Shown here: positions 55,263-64,000 of the stretch, in pieces
How the letters are laid out: the number at the start of each line of letters is the position of its first letter
How positions within the stretch are numbered: the stretch's first letter is position 1
Assembly (NCBI GenBank): GCA_017744735.1
Contig: JAGIAR010000002.1
Coordinates: forward strand, 599-64,598
DNA: 64,000 nt
Reading direction: 5' to 3'
From: Novosphingobium sp.
GTDB taxonomy: Bacteria > Pseudomonadota > Alphaproteobacteria > Sphingomonadales > Sphingomonadaceae
Made by a program: the position numbers and the translations under genes
The notes under the pieces: model-generated
What the model saw: only the letters and a program-made list of their open reading frames with translations
Database searches by the model: none
What the model was told of the DNA's origin: nothing

Positions 55263-55405
55263 CTCTAATCTCCTTGCAGATGCCCGATCCGGCACCTCGC
55301 GGGAAAAACGGGGTCTGGGTGATCCGGTTTCCCCGACTAGCGATGAGCCGTGCATGAATGCCGGACGGAAAGAGGGCGTTCATCGGGGCGAAAGCCCCTT
55401 GCGGA

Positions 55406-55891
55406 TCAGTCCCGAAGCAGGGGCCGTGTGGAGGCGTCGCCTTCGACGATCCGCCGGATCGAGATGTAGGTCTTGAAGGTGAGGATGCCGTTCTCGTCGC
55501 TCAGCGCGGTCCGGGTGAAGGCGTCGTATTCCTCCATCGAGGCGACCTGGACCTTGAGCACGAAATCGTCCTCGCCGGTGACTTCCCAGGCGCCGGTGAC
55601 CTCGCGGCGGCGGGCGATGTAGCGCGAGAACTCGTCGAGCGGCCGCCGCCCCGCCTCCCGCATTCGCACCAGCACATGCATGGTGAGCGCCGATCCGGTC
55701 AGCGCCGGATCGACCACTGCGATGTCGGCCACGATCACCTTCTCGTCGCGCAGCCGCCGCAGCCGTCGCAATACGGCCGAGATCGACAGGCCGACCTTGC
55801 CCGCAAGCGTCCGGGCGGGTTGGAGATTGTCGACCCGTACCAGCTCGATCAGCCGGCGGTCGAATTCGTCGAGATCGGTGATTTTCGTCAT
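55406..55891 (-). CDS. Lrp/AsnC family transcriptional regulator
   Basis: ATG 55891. LDEFDRRLIELVRVDNLQPARTLAGKVGLSISAVLRRLRRLRDEKVI, plus a C-terminal RAM-like domain. Confidence 0.9.
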   Translation of the reverse strand: MTKITDLDEFDRRLIELVRVDNLQPARTLAGKVGLSISAVLRRLRRLRDEKVIVADIAVVDPALTGSALTMHVLVRMREAGRRPLDEFSRYIARRREVTGAWEVTGEDDFVLKVQVASMEEYDAFTRTALSDENGILTFKTYISIRRIVEGDASTRPLLRD

Positions 55892-56237
55892 ATCTACCGA
55901 TATTTTGCGAACTCTGCGCGTGCCGACAACCAAAATCGGCGCCAATGGCTGATGCGCGGTCGCTATATCGCGGCGGCGTCCAAGCCGGCGCGAACATGGA
56001 GGACCTGCGATGACCCAAGTGACCAAGGAACCCGGTCTGCTGCGCCAGTTCTGGCGGACCCTTCTCGCGCCGTCCGAAGTCGCCGTGGCGATCGGCTACG
56101 CCGCGCCCTGGCGAATCTGCCGCCGCTGAAGGCGTCGGCCGCGCCGGTCGGACCCTTTTTCCACCGCCATCGCGAACCGCCCCGCTTGCCCTCCTTCGCT
56201 GTCGCATTATCTTCGTAATCCTCAGCGAAAGGAGCGC

Positions 56238-57275
56238 ATGGCCCGCAAAGCTACCCGTGCCGATTATGCGGCACTCGCCCACCCCGAAGACCGCCGCGAC
56301 CATTCGCGCCGCGCAAGGGCCGAAGTGGAGTTCGACGAGCAGACGGTGCTCGGCGCGCTTTTCGGGGAATTCGACGCCAATCTGGTGCAGCTCGAGAACC
56401 GCCTCGGGGTCTATATCGGGGCCCGCGGCAACCGCGTGCAGATCGAAGGCCCGGAAGATTCGGTCGCGCGGGCCCGCGAAGTGTTGAAGGGCATGCATCA
56501 GCGGCTGTTGCAAGGCCAGGCGCTCGATGCCGGGATGATCGAATCGCTGATCGCCATGTCCAGCGAGCCGACCCTCGAAGGGATCATCTCGGGCGACGCC
56601 GAGCGCCCGCCGATCATGATCCGCACCCGCAAGAAGACGATCGTGCCGCGCTCGGCTGCGCAGATCGAATACATGCGCGCGCTGGCACGGGACGACATCA
56701 TCTTCGCGCTCGGCCCCGCAGGCACCGGCAAGACCTATCTCGCGGTCGCCCAGGCGGTCAGCCAGCTGATGACCGGCAGCGTCCAGCGCCTGATCCTGTC
56801 GCGCCCGGCGGTCGAAGCCGGCGAACGGCTCGGTTTCCTGCCCGGCGACATGAAGGAGAAGGTCGATCCCTATCTCCGCCCGCTCTACGACGCGCTCTAC
56901 GACTGCATGCCGCCGGAGCAGGTCGAACGCCGGCTGGCCTCGGGCGAAATCGAGATCGCCCCGATCGCCTTCATGCGCGGGCGCACGCTGGCCGACGCCT
57001 TCGTGATCCTCGACGAGGCGCAGAACACCACGCGCGAGCAGATGAAGATGTTCCTCACCCGTTTCGGCCAGAACAGCCGGATGGTGGTGTGCGGCGACCC
57101 GAAGCAGGTCGATATCCCCGGCGGCCCGAAGATGAGCGGGCTCAACGACGCGGTCGAGCGGCTCGAAGGGGTCGAGGGAATCGCGGTCTCGCGCTTCACC
57201 GCCGGCGACGTGGTCCGCCACCCGATCGTCGGGCGGATCGTCGAGGCCTATGAAGGCAAGGATGCAAGCGGGTGA
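56238..57275 (+). CDS. phoH: PhoH family ATPase (YbeZ-like)
   Basis: Walker A GPAGTGKTYLAV, LILSRPAVEAGERLGFLPGD, FVILDEAQNTT. Confidence 0.95.
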   Translation: MARKATRADYAALAHPEDRRDHSRRARAEVEFDEQTVLGALFGEFDANLVQLENRLGVYIGARGNRVQIEGPEDSVARAREVLKGMHQRLLQGQALDAGMIESLIAMSSEPTLEGIISGDAERPPIMIRTRKKTIVPRSAAQIEYMRALARDDIIFALGPAGTGKTYLAVAQAVSQLMTGSVQRLILSRPAVEAGERLGFLPGDMKEKVDPYLRPLYDALYDCMPPEQVERRLASGEIEIAPIAFMRGRTLADAFVILDEAQNTTREQMKMFLTRFGQNSRMVVCGDPKQVDIPGGPKMSGLNDAVERLEGVEGIAVSRFTAGDVVRHPIVGRIVEAYEGKDASG

Positions 57276-57790
57276 CCTTGCGTGTTCCCGACCGCGAACC
57301 CGAAGTGGAGTGCGAGGTCGACCCGGAGTGGGACAGCCGGACGGACTGGGAAGCCTTGTCGAGGCGGGCGTTGCGCGCCGCGCATAACGTCGATCCCGCG
57401 CTGGCCAACCCGCGCCTGAGCGTCAGCATCCTGTTCACCTCGGATGCCGAGATCCGCGCGCTCAACCGCGACTGGCGCGATAAGGACAAGCCGACCAACG
57501 TCCTGTCCTTCCCGATGCTCGAGCGCGAGGAACTGCTCGCGCTGGCAGCCGAGGGACCGCCCGAACTGCTGGGCGACATCGCGCTGGCGCACGAAACCTG
57601 CGCGCGCGAGGCCACCGAAAAGGGCGCCTCGCTGGAAGATCACGCCACCCACCTGGTAGTCCACGGCCTGCTCCACCTGGCGGGCTACGACCACGAGATT
57701 TCCCCCGCGGATGCCGATGCGATGGAAGCGCTCGAAACAAAGGCGCTTGCGTTGATCGGGATCGCGGACCCATATGGGGCCGGGGTTTAA
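57272..57790 (+). CDS. ybeY: rRNA maturation RNase YbeY
   Basis: GTGA overlap with phoH. Zinc motif HLVVHGLLHLAGYDH. Confidence 0.9.
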   Translation: MTLRVPDREPEVECEVDPEWDSRTDWEALSRRALRAAHNVDPALANPRLSVSILFTSDAEIRALNRDWRDKDKPTNVLSFPMLEREELLALAAEGPPELLGDIALAHETCAREATEKGASLEDHATHLVVHGLLHLAGYDHEISPADADAMEALETKALALIGIADPYGAGV

Positions 57791-57807
57791 GAGAAGGAAC
57801 TGGCACA

Positions 57808-58743
57808 GTGTCCGACACGGACAAGTTCGGCGAATCCGACAAGGGAGACGCGGACAGTAGCGGCAGCCTGTGGGGCACCATCCGCCGCTTCTTCGATGGC
57901 GACAACGGAGAGACCTCGCTGCGCGAGCAGATCGAGGAAGCGATCGCCGAGCACGAGGACGATCAGCACGAAGGCGATTCCGTCCCGGCGAAGGGCGATC
58001 TTTCGCCGGTCGAAGTCACCATGCTGCGCAACCTGCTCCATTTCAGCGAGCACGACGCGGACGACGTCGCGATCCCGCGGGGGGAGATCGTCGCGGTTTC
58101 GGCCGAGGCGAGCTGGGAAGACATGGTTGGCGTGTTCATCGAGCACGGCCATTCGCGCATGCCGGTTTACCGCGAGACGCTCGACGAAGTGATCGGGATG
58201 ATCCACATCAAGGACGTCTTCACCATCGTCGCGAAGGGCGAAACGCCGCCGGCCGACTGGACCGTGCTGATGCGCCAGCCGCTCTACGTGCCGCAGTCGC
58301 GCAACGCGCTCGATCTGCTGGCCGACATGCGCGCCAGACGGGTTCACCTGGCGGTGGTGGTCGACGAATATTCCGGCGTCGACGGGATCGTGACGATCGA
58401 GGACCTGGTCGAGGAGATCATCGGCGAGATCGAGGACGAGCACGACGAGGAGCCCGAGCAGCTGATCGTGCCGCTGTCCGAGGGGATGTGGGACGTCGAT
58501 GCCCGGGCCGAGCTGGAGGACGTCGCCGAAGCGGTCGGCGACGAGCGGATCGCCGAGGTCGAGGAAGCGGTGGATACGCTCGGCGGCCTCGCCTTCGTGC
58601 TCGCGGGGCAGGTTCCCGAGGTCGGCGCCGTGCTCAGGCACCCGAGCGGCTGGTGCATGGAAGTGACCGCCGCCGACGACACCCATGTCACGCGCCTGCG
58701 GCTCCACCGCCCCCCGCCGAAGCGCGAGGAAGACGAAGAATAA
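57808..58743 (+). CDS. CBS-domain hemolysin/CorC family protein (TlyC/YbeX-like)
   Basis: GTG start. ...VEVTMLRNLLHFSEHDADDVAIPRGEIV...HSRMPVY...VVDEYSGVDGIVTIEDLVEEIIGEIEDEHD. Confidence 0.9.
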   Translation: MSDTDKFGESDKGDADSSGSLWGTIRRFFDGDNGETSLREQIEEAIAEHEDDQHEGDSVPAKGDLSPVEVTMLRNLLHFSEHDADDVAIPRGEIVAVSAEASWEDMVGVFIEHGHSRMPVYRETLDEVIGMIHIKDVFTIVAKGETPPADWTVLMRQPLYVPQSRNALDLLADMRARRVHLAVVVDEYSGVDGIVTIEDLVEEIIGEIEDEHDEEPEQLIVPLSEGMWDVDARAELEDVAEAVGDERIAEVEEAVDTLGGLAFVLAGQVPEVGAVLRHPSGWCMEVTAADDTHVTRLRLHRPPPKREEDEE

Positions 58744-58762
58744 GCGCCGGACTGGTTGAAAC

Positions 58763-58797
58763 GTGCAAAATATGCAATATTTCGCACTTGCGAAATA
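58763..58797. promoter_or_regulatory. AT-rich triple half-site palindrome upstream of the LysR gene
   Basis: gtgcaaaatat-gca-atatttcgcac (11-3-11, one mismatch), overlapping a second perfect inverted repeat tatttcgc-actt-gcgaaata. It ends 41 nt before ATG 58838. Confidence 0.45.
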
Positions 58798-58837
58798 ACC
58801 GCTCGACACGAATCCCTTTATCTGGACTACTGAACGC

Positions 58838-59722
58838 ATGGCGACCCGTCGCTTACCTCCCCTCCGCGCACTCGAAGCCTTTGTGCGCATCGTCCGCATG
58901 GGATCGGCCCGTGCGGCAGCGAACGAGCTCGGCCTGAGCCCCTCTGCCCTGTCGCGCCGCGTCACCAGCCTTGAGGATTTCGTCGGCAAGAAGCTGTTCA
59001 CCCGGGCGCACCAGGCGATGAAGCTGACCGACGATGGGCGCGCCTTCTACGACGCGGTGAACCCGCACCTGGAAGCGCTCGCCATGGCGATCGAGGGGCA
59101 GTCGGAGAACCTCCAGCTGCTGCGCCTGCATCTGGGCGTCTCGCCGCTGTTCGGCAGCCAGCGGCTGTTCCCCCACCTGCCGGCGCTGCGCAAGCTGCAC
59201 CCGCGGCTGCATATCGACATCGACACCGGACCCAACCTGATCCCGCGCATCGGCGACACGCTGGATGCGGCGATCATCGTCACCGCCGAGCCGGACGAGG
59301 GGTTCTATTCGGTGCGGCTCGACCACAACCGGGTCCACGCGATCTGCAGCCAGCAACTCGCCGACGAGATCGGCCATGCGCCGGATATCGACACTCTCTC
59401 CAAGCAGACCTTCCTGATCCATAGCGACCTGCCCGACAGCTTCGCCGCGTGGAAGAACGCACTGGGACTCGAGAAATTGCAGCCGGCGGCGATCGACCAT
59501 TACGATTCGGGCCAGCTGATGCTGGAGGCCGCGTCGCAGGGCCTCGGCATCGCGATCATGCACGACGACCATTTCCGGCGCGCCTCGGACAAGAAGCTGG
59601 CGCGGCTTTACGACGTTGACGTCGAGAGCCCCTATTCCTACTGGTTCGTCTGCCGGCCGAAATCGCTCGACCAACGGCCGGTCAAACTGTTCCATGACTG
59701 GATGATCGAGATCGGTCTCTAG
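58838..59722 (+). CDS. LysR family transcriptional regulator (GcvA-like)
   Basis: LPPLRALEAFVRIVRMGSARAAANELGLSPSALSRRVTSLE. Confidence 0.9.
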   Translation: MATRRLPPLRALEAFVRIVRMGSARAAANELGLSPSALSRRVTSLEDFVGKKLFTRAHQAMKLTDDGRAFYDAVNPHLEALAMAIEGQSENLQLLRLHLGVSPLFGSQRLFPHLPALRKLHPRLHIDIDTGPNLIPRIGDTLDAAIIVTAEPDEGFYSVRLDHNRVHAICSQQLADEIGHAPDIDTLSKQTFLIHSDLPDSFAAWKNALGLEKLQPAAIDHYDSGQLMLEAASQGLGIAIMHDDHFRRASDKKLARLYDVDVESPYSYWFVCRPKSLDQRPVKLFHDWMIEIGL

Positions 59723-59759
59723 TCGCTGCGGGCCGCCCGGCCCTTAGAAAGCGTTTCCA

Positions 59760-60326
59760 GTGCTCGAAGCCATCGCGACAAGTTTCGCGGTCGTCGCCCT
59801 CGCGGAGATCGGCGACAAGACCATGCTGCTCGCCATCGTGCTGGCGGCACGGTTCCGCAAGCCGGTTCCGATCGTCGGCGGCATCCTGTTCGCAACCCTC
59901 GCCAACCACGCGGTAGCCAGCTTCGCGGGGGCGGAAGCCGCCGCCTGGTTCGACGGCTACTGGTTCCGCCTGGCGGTCGCGCTCGGCTTCGTCGCGATGG
60001 GCCTGTGGACGCTGGTGCCCGACAAGTTCGAGGAGGAGGACAAGCCGCAGGAACGCTTCGGCCCCTTCCTGACCACGCTGATCGCGTTCTTCCTGGTCGA
60101 GATCGGCGACAAGACCCAGGTGGCCACCATCGCTCTCGGCGCGCGCTATCACGATGTGCTGGCGGTCACCACCGGCACCACGCTCGGCATGCTGGCGGCG
60201 AACGTGCCGGCGGTGTTCCTCGGCGACCGGCTGGTCCAGAAGATCTCGCTCAAATATATCCGCATGGTGGCCGCGGCGCTGTTCGTCGCGCTCGGCTTGT
60301 GGATGCTCGTCACGCTCCACCGCTGA
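59760..60326 (+). CDS. TMEM165/GDT1 (UPF0016) family cation (Mn2+/Ca2+) transporter
   Basis: GTG start. Two E-x-G-D-K-T motifs (LAEIGDKTML, LVEIGDKTQV). Six TM segments. Confidence 0.9.
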   Translation: MLEAIATSFAVVALAEIGDKTMLLAIVLAARFRKPVPIVGGILFATLANHAVASFAGAEAAAWFDGYWFRLAVALGFVAMGLWTLVPDKFEEEDKPQERFGPFLTTLIAFFLVEIGDKTQVATIALGARYHDVLAVTTGTTLGMLAANVPAVFLGDRLVQKISLKYIRMVAAALFVALGLWMLVTLHR

Positions 60327-60451
60327 GCCGGACAAAGTCAACCTTTTGATCCGCATCAATGCGGCGGCACGCCGCTGTCGTGATTGCCTGTCCGACTAAC
60401 GGACCGTTTCGCAGCACGCGCTGCGCGGCGGTCAACAGGGAGGCAGTCTGA

Positions 60452-60997
60452 ATGGATTCGGTTTTGAATTTCCTGTTCCATCTTACGGAACTGATCAGGA
60501 CGACGCGGCTCGTCGAAATCTCGCTCTGGGTCACCGACTGGCCGTTCGCGATCTGGCTGCAGAGCCATTTCTACGCGATTCCGGGGTTCCAGACCCTGCA
60601 CATTCTCTCGATCGCAGTGCTGTTCGGGTCGACCCTGATGCTCAATCTGCGGGTGCTCGGCCTGTCCGGGCGCGACCAGACGCTCGCCGCCACCTTCGCG
60701 CGGTACCAGCCGTGGATCTGGGGCGCCCTCGCGTGCCTGGTCGCCAGCGGGATCGTGCTGCTGATCAGCGAACCGGTGCGCAACATGGTCAATTCGGTGT
60801 TCTGGCTGAAGATGTGCGCGCTGCTGGCGACCGTTATCGTCAGCCTGTGGTTCCAGCATGCGGTCCGCTCGCGGATGGAGCTGTGGGAAGTGTCGCCGGC
60901 CGGCCATGCGTCGATCCGAGCCGGCGCGGTGCTGCTGATCGTGCTGTGGCTGGTGGTCATGGTCGGCGGCCGCTGGATCGCCTACGCGCCGAACTGA
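60452..60997 (+). CDS. hypothetical multi-pass membrane protein (paralogue of next gene)
   Basis: AGGGAGG SD. 181 aa with 4-5 TM segments. LHILSIAVLFGSTLMLNLRVLGLSG aligns with the neighbour. Confidence 0.7.
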   Translation: MDSVLNFLFHLTELIRTTRLVEISLWVTDWPFAIWLQSHFYAIPGFQTLHILSIAVLFGSTLMLNLRVLGLSGRDQTLAATFARYQPWIWGALACLVASGIVLLISEPVRNMVNSVFWLKMCALLATVIVSLWFQHAVRSRMELWEVSPAGHASIRAGAVLLIVLWLVVMVGGRWIAYAPN

Positions 60998-61009
60998 GGG
61001 GATGGGACA

Positions 61010-61513
61010 ATGCACAGCGTAATCTTCAGCAATATCGAGAATTCCGCCTTCGGCTCGGCGATCGCCGGCTCGGAATGGATGTTTCCCGCGATCGAGACGA
61101 TTCACGTCTTCGCGATCGTCACGGTGATCGGCACGATCGCGATCATGGACCTGCGGCTGCTCGGCCTCGCGTCGCGCGGGCGGACGGTGCAGGCGGTCGA
61201 GCGCGACACGGTTCCGCTCACCTGGATCGGCTTCGCCCTCGCGGTGATCACCGGGATCCTGCTGTTCGTCAGCAAGGCGACCAGCTACATGGCCAACCCC
61301 TATTTCCTGTGGAAGATGGGGCTGATGCTGCTCGCCGGGGTAAACATGGCGCTCTTCCACCGGGTGTTGTCGAAGGACATCGCGCAATGGGATGCGCCTG
61401 GTGCAACGGCACCGGCAGCCGCGAAGATCGCGGGGCTGCTCTCGCTCGCGCTCTGGATCGTGATCCCCTTCTGCGGTCGCGCGATCGGCTTTACCCTGGG
61501 GGTCTATTACTGA
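61010..61513 (+). CDS. hypothetical multi-pass membrane protein (paralogue of previous gene)
   Basis: 167 aa. IHVFAIVTVIGTIAIMDLRLLGLAS, FLWKMGLMLLAGVN. 12-nt gap from the previous gene. Confidence 0.7.
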   Translation: MHSVIFSNIENSAFGSAIAGSEWMFPAIETIHVFAIVTVIGTIAIMDLRLLGLASRGRTVQAVERDTVPLTWIGFALAVITGILLFVSKATSYMANPYFLWKMGLMLLAGVNMALFHRVLSKDIAQWDAPGATAPAAAKIAGLLSLALWIVIPFCGRAIGFTLGVYY

Positions 61514-61522
61514 CGCATACGA

Positions 61523-61556
61523 AAAGGGCGCCCGATCGGGCGCCCTTTCCATTTTT
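61523..61556. terminator. bidirectional intrinsic terminator
   Basis: aaagggcgcccg-at-cgggcgcccttt with T-runs on both strands. It lies between the convergent membrane-protein and PPIase genes. Confidence 0.8.
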
Positions 61557-61571
61557 CGCTCCGGCGGCGGT

Positions 61572-62018
61572 TTAGCTGACGGTCGCCTTGACGATCTTGC
61601 CCGGCTCGCGCGGCGGCTCGCCCTTGGGCAACGCATCGACATGCTCCATGCCGCTCTCGACCTCGCCCCACACGGTGTATTGCTTGTCGAGGAAGCGCGC
61701 GTCGTCGAAGCAGATGAAGAACTGGCTGTTGGCGCTGTTCGGGTTCTGCGACCGGGCCATCGAGCACACGCCGCGCACGTGCGGCACATCGTTGAATTCG
61801 GCCGCCAGATCGGGCTTGGGCGAACCGCCCATGCCGGTGCCGGTCGGGTCGCCGCCCTGCGCCATGAAGCCGTCGATCACGCGGTGGAACACCACGCCGT
61901 CGTAGAAGCCTTCGCTGGCGAGCTCGGTGATGCGGGCGACGTGGCCGGGGGCGACATCGGGGCGCAGCTTGATCACGACATCGCCGGTCGGCAGCGTGAG
62001 GGTCAGTTTTTCGGCCAT
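61572..62018 (-). CDS. cyclophilin-type peptidyl-prolyl cis-trans isomerase
   Basis: FYDGVVFHRVIDGFMAQGGDPTGTGMGGS...SMARSQNPNSANSQFFICF...YTVWGEV. Confidence 0.95.
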   Translation of the reverse strand: MAEKLTLTLPTGDVVIKLRPDVAPGHVARITELASEGFYDGVVFHRVIDGFMAQGGDPTGTGMGGSPKPDLAAEFNDVPHVRGVCSMARSQNPNSANSQFFICFDDARFLDKQYTVWGEVESGMEHVDALPKGEPPREPGKIVKATVS

Positions 62019-62143
62019 GTAGGATCTCTCTCCTGAAATTTGCGCGATCGGCCCGCGAACGCGGCGAAGTCGCCGCCGATATAGGCACGGCGGCAGATAA
62101 GTCGACCCATTGCCATTGCTTTTGTGCGCTGCGGGAATATGGG

Positions 62144-63574
62144 GTGGGCATGTCGCCCGAGGAACTCGAAGACCTGGAACGCGCGGACCAGCAGGGGGCC
62201 GAGGACAAGCGCGAACAGTTCGACGAGGAAAACCGGCTCAAGGCCGATTTCATCCGCGAGGTTTCCGACGCGCTCGACGACGGCGACGAAGGGCGGGTCT
62301 ACGAGCTGGTGGAGCCGCTCCACCCGGCCGACATCGCCGATCTGTTCGAACTGATCGAGCGCGGCGAGCGCGGCAAGCTGGCCGCCGCGATCACCGATCT
62401 GATGAGCAGCGAAGTCTTCGCCGAGCTCAACGACCACGTGCGCGAAAGCATGGTCGAGGAGCTCGCGCCGGAAGCCGTCGCCGAAATTGCCGAGCAGCTC
62501 GAAACCGACGATGCGGTCCAGCTGATCGAGGATCTCGACAAGGAGGACCAGGAAGCCGTCCTCGCCGAGATGGACCCGGAAGACCGCGCCGCGATCGAAA
62601 GCGCGCTGTCCTATCCCGAGGAAACCGCCGGGCGCCTGATGCAGCGCGAGCTGATCGCGGTGCCCGAGCACATGAATGTCGGCCAGCTGATCGACTATCT
62701 GCGCGAGAACGAGGAACTGACCACCGAGTTCTGGGAAGTGTTCATCGTCGATCCGACCCACCGCCCGGTGGGCACCTGTGCGCTCTCGTGGATCCTGCGC
62801 GCGCCGCGCCATGTCGCGCTGACCGACGTGATGAAGCGCGACCAGACGCTGATTCCCGTGTCGATGGACCAGGAAGAAGTCGCGCTGCTGTTCCAGAAAT
62901 ATGCGCTGATCTCGGCCGCGGTGGTGGATGAGGTAGGGCGGCTGGTCGGGCAGCTGACCGTCGACGACATCGTCCACATCATCCAGGAAGAAGCCGGCGA
63001 GGACGTGCTGCTGCTCTCGGGCGCGGGCGACGGCGACATCAACGAACCGATCCGGCTGACCATCCGCACCCGCCTGGTGTGGCTGGTGGTCAATCTCGGC
63101 ACGGCAATGGTCGCCTCGAGCGTGGTCGGCCTGTTCCAGGGGGTGATCGCCAAGTTCGCCCTGCTCGCGGTGCTGATGCCGATCGTCTCGGGCATGGGCG
63201 GCAACGCCGGCACGCAGACCCTGGCGGTGGTGGTCCGCGCGCTGGCCACCAACCAGCTCACCGCCAGCAACACCTGGCGCATGATCGGGCGCGAATTCGC
63301 GATCGCAACCGCCAACGGTCTTGCGCTCGGGGCCCTGATCGGCACCGGCGTGGCGTTGGTGTTCGGAAACGTGCTGCTCGGGGTGGTGATCGCCTCGGCA
63401 ATGCTGATCAACAATCTGGTGGCCGGCTCCGCCGGAATCCTTGTCCCGCTGACGCTCGAACGCTTCCGGGTCGATCCGGCGGTATCCTCCGCCGTGTTCG
63501 TCACCATGGCGACCGATGTGATGGGCTTCTTCAGCTTCCTCGGCCTCGCGACCCTGAGCGGCCTCGCCAACTGA
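62144..63574 (+). CDS. mgtE: magnesium transporter MgtE
   Basis: N-domain, CBS pair, then a TM domain ...LMPIVSGMGGNAGTQTLAVVVRAL...PAVSSAVFVTMATDVMGFFSFLGLA. Start is GTG 62144 or ATG 62150. Confidence 0.95.
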   Translation: MGMSPEELEDLERADQQGAEDKREQFDEENRLKADFIREVSDALDDGDEGRVYELVEPLHPADIADLFELIERGERGKLAAAITDLMSSEVFAELNDHVRESMVEELAPEAVAEIAEQLETDDAVQLIEDLDKEDQEAVLAEMDPEDRAAIESALSYPEETAGRLMQRELIAVPEHMNVGQLIDYLRENEELTTEFWEVFIVDPTHRPVGTCALSWILRAPRHVALTDVMKRDQTLIPVSMDQEEVALLFQKYALISAAVVDEVGRLVGQLTVDDIVHIIQEEAGEDVLLLSGAGDGDINEPIRLTIRTRLVWLVVNLGTAMVASSVVGLFQGVIAKFALLAVLMPIVSGMGGNAGTQTLAVVVRALATNQLTASNTWRMIGREFAIATANGLALGALIGTGVALVFGNVLLGVVIASAMLINNLVAGSAGILVPLTLERFRVDPAVSSAVFVTMATDVMGFFSFLGLATLSGLAN

Positions 63575-63659
63575 GCGCCGCCGCCTGACGGCGGAACCGC
63601 CTTGCCTTCGCCCCGTTGGCAAGGCACTGGTTGAGCACAAGGGAAGAGGGTCGCTACTC

Positions 63660-64000
63660 ATGCCAATTCGTACGCTCCGGCTCGTGCCGGCCTTGCTGCT
63701 TGCGTTCGCCGCCGGCCTCGCCGCACTGTTCGCCGTTGCGCAGCAGCCGCTCGAGGCCGCTCCTCCGCCCGCACGGGTGTTCGATCCGGTGGCTTTCTTC
63801 AGCGGCCAGACCGAAGGCCGCGGCGTGCTCAAGAAGGCCCTGTCGGCCAAACAGAACACCTATGTCACCGGCACCGGCACGCTGCGCGTCGACGGGCACC
63901 TGATCATCGACCAGGTGGTGAAGATCGACGGCGAGAAGACCCAGGCGCGCCGCTGGCAATTGCACGAGGTCAAGCCGGGCAATTATTCGGGCACGATCAG
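63660..64000 (+). CDS. DUF3833-like secreted protein (3' end beyond window)
   Basis: Manual translation from ATG 63660: MPIRTLRLVPALLLAFAAGLAALFAVAQ...FDPVAFFSGQTEGRGVLKKAL...RRWQLHEVKPGNYSGTI. It is open to the window end. Family call is from memory. Confidence 0.6.
   Translation, partial: MPIRTLRLVPALLLAFAAGLAALFAVAQQPLEAAPPPARVFDPVAFFSGQTEGRGVLKKALSAKQNTYVTGTGTLRVDGHLIIDQVVKIDGEKTQARRWQLHEVKPGNYSGTI

Noticed and set aside
59723-59759. yybP-ykoY Mn2+ riboswitch in front of the UPF0016/GDT1 transporter gene.
   Set aside because: The intergenic space is only 37 nt, which is too short for the four-helix element.
1-64000. CRISPR arrays, rRNA genes, transposases or IS elements, prophage genes or known defence-system genes.
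   Set aside because: No regularly spaced direct repeats, no transposase-, integrase- or nuclease-like ORFs, and no rRNA-like segments were seen on either strand.

Overview
This is a 64-kb, high-GC, gene-dense chromosomal segment. Gene content and repeat types look alphaproteobacterial and Sphingomonadales-like; that is inferred from protein motifs and the GTCATCCTGAAC...GTTCAGGATGAC palindromic repeat, not from a search. I support about 75 protein genes, one tRNA-Gln(UUG), one REP/MITE-like palindrome, several intrinsic terminators and three candidate operators. Most of the window is core housekeeping: metZ, leuB, recO, ilvE, trhO, modABC, tsaB-rimI-mucR-fur-plsC-miaB, phoH-ybeY-corC, mgtE, class II DAHP synthase, an M16 peptidase and nfu. 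Many very long ORFs in the track (up to 1034 aa) are Arg/Ala/Pro/Gly-rich shadows of real genes on the other strand or frame, and I rejected them. The main findings are:
- A translationally coupled operon of an Lgt paralogue, a multi-cluster radical SAM protein (COG1964, Tes/GDGT-MAS-like Cys layout) and a Gly-rich 2-TM miniprotein.
- A BigR-type persulfide-detoxification operon that runs without a terminator into cytochrome bd (cioAB), with a perfect palindromic operator over its promoter.
- A GT39 PMT-like glycosyltransferase next to a Ppm1/DPM1-type GT2-GtrA enzyme, which could be a protein O-mannosylation pair.
- A lower-GC TadG(vWA)-TadE-TadE cassette abutting tRNA-Gln.
- A 603-nt structured gap before ilvE with an orphan minus-strand terminator and anti-SD/SD motifs.
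- A PAS/HWE histidine kinase split by a single in-frame TAG.

All family assignments come from motif recognition by eye. No database search was run, and start codons are chosen from the ORF track plus local SD/ATG inspection.
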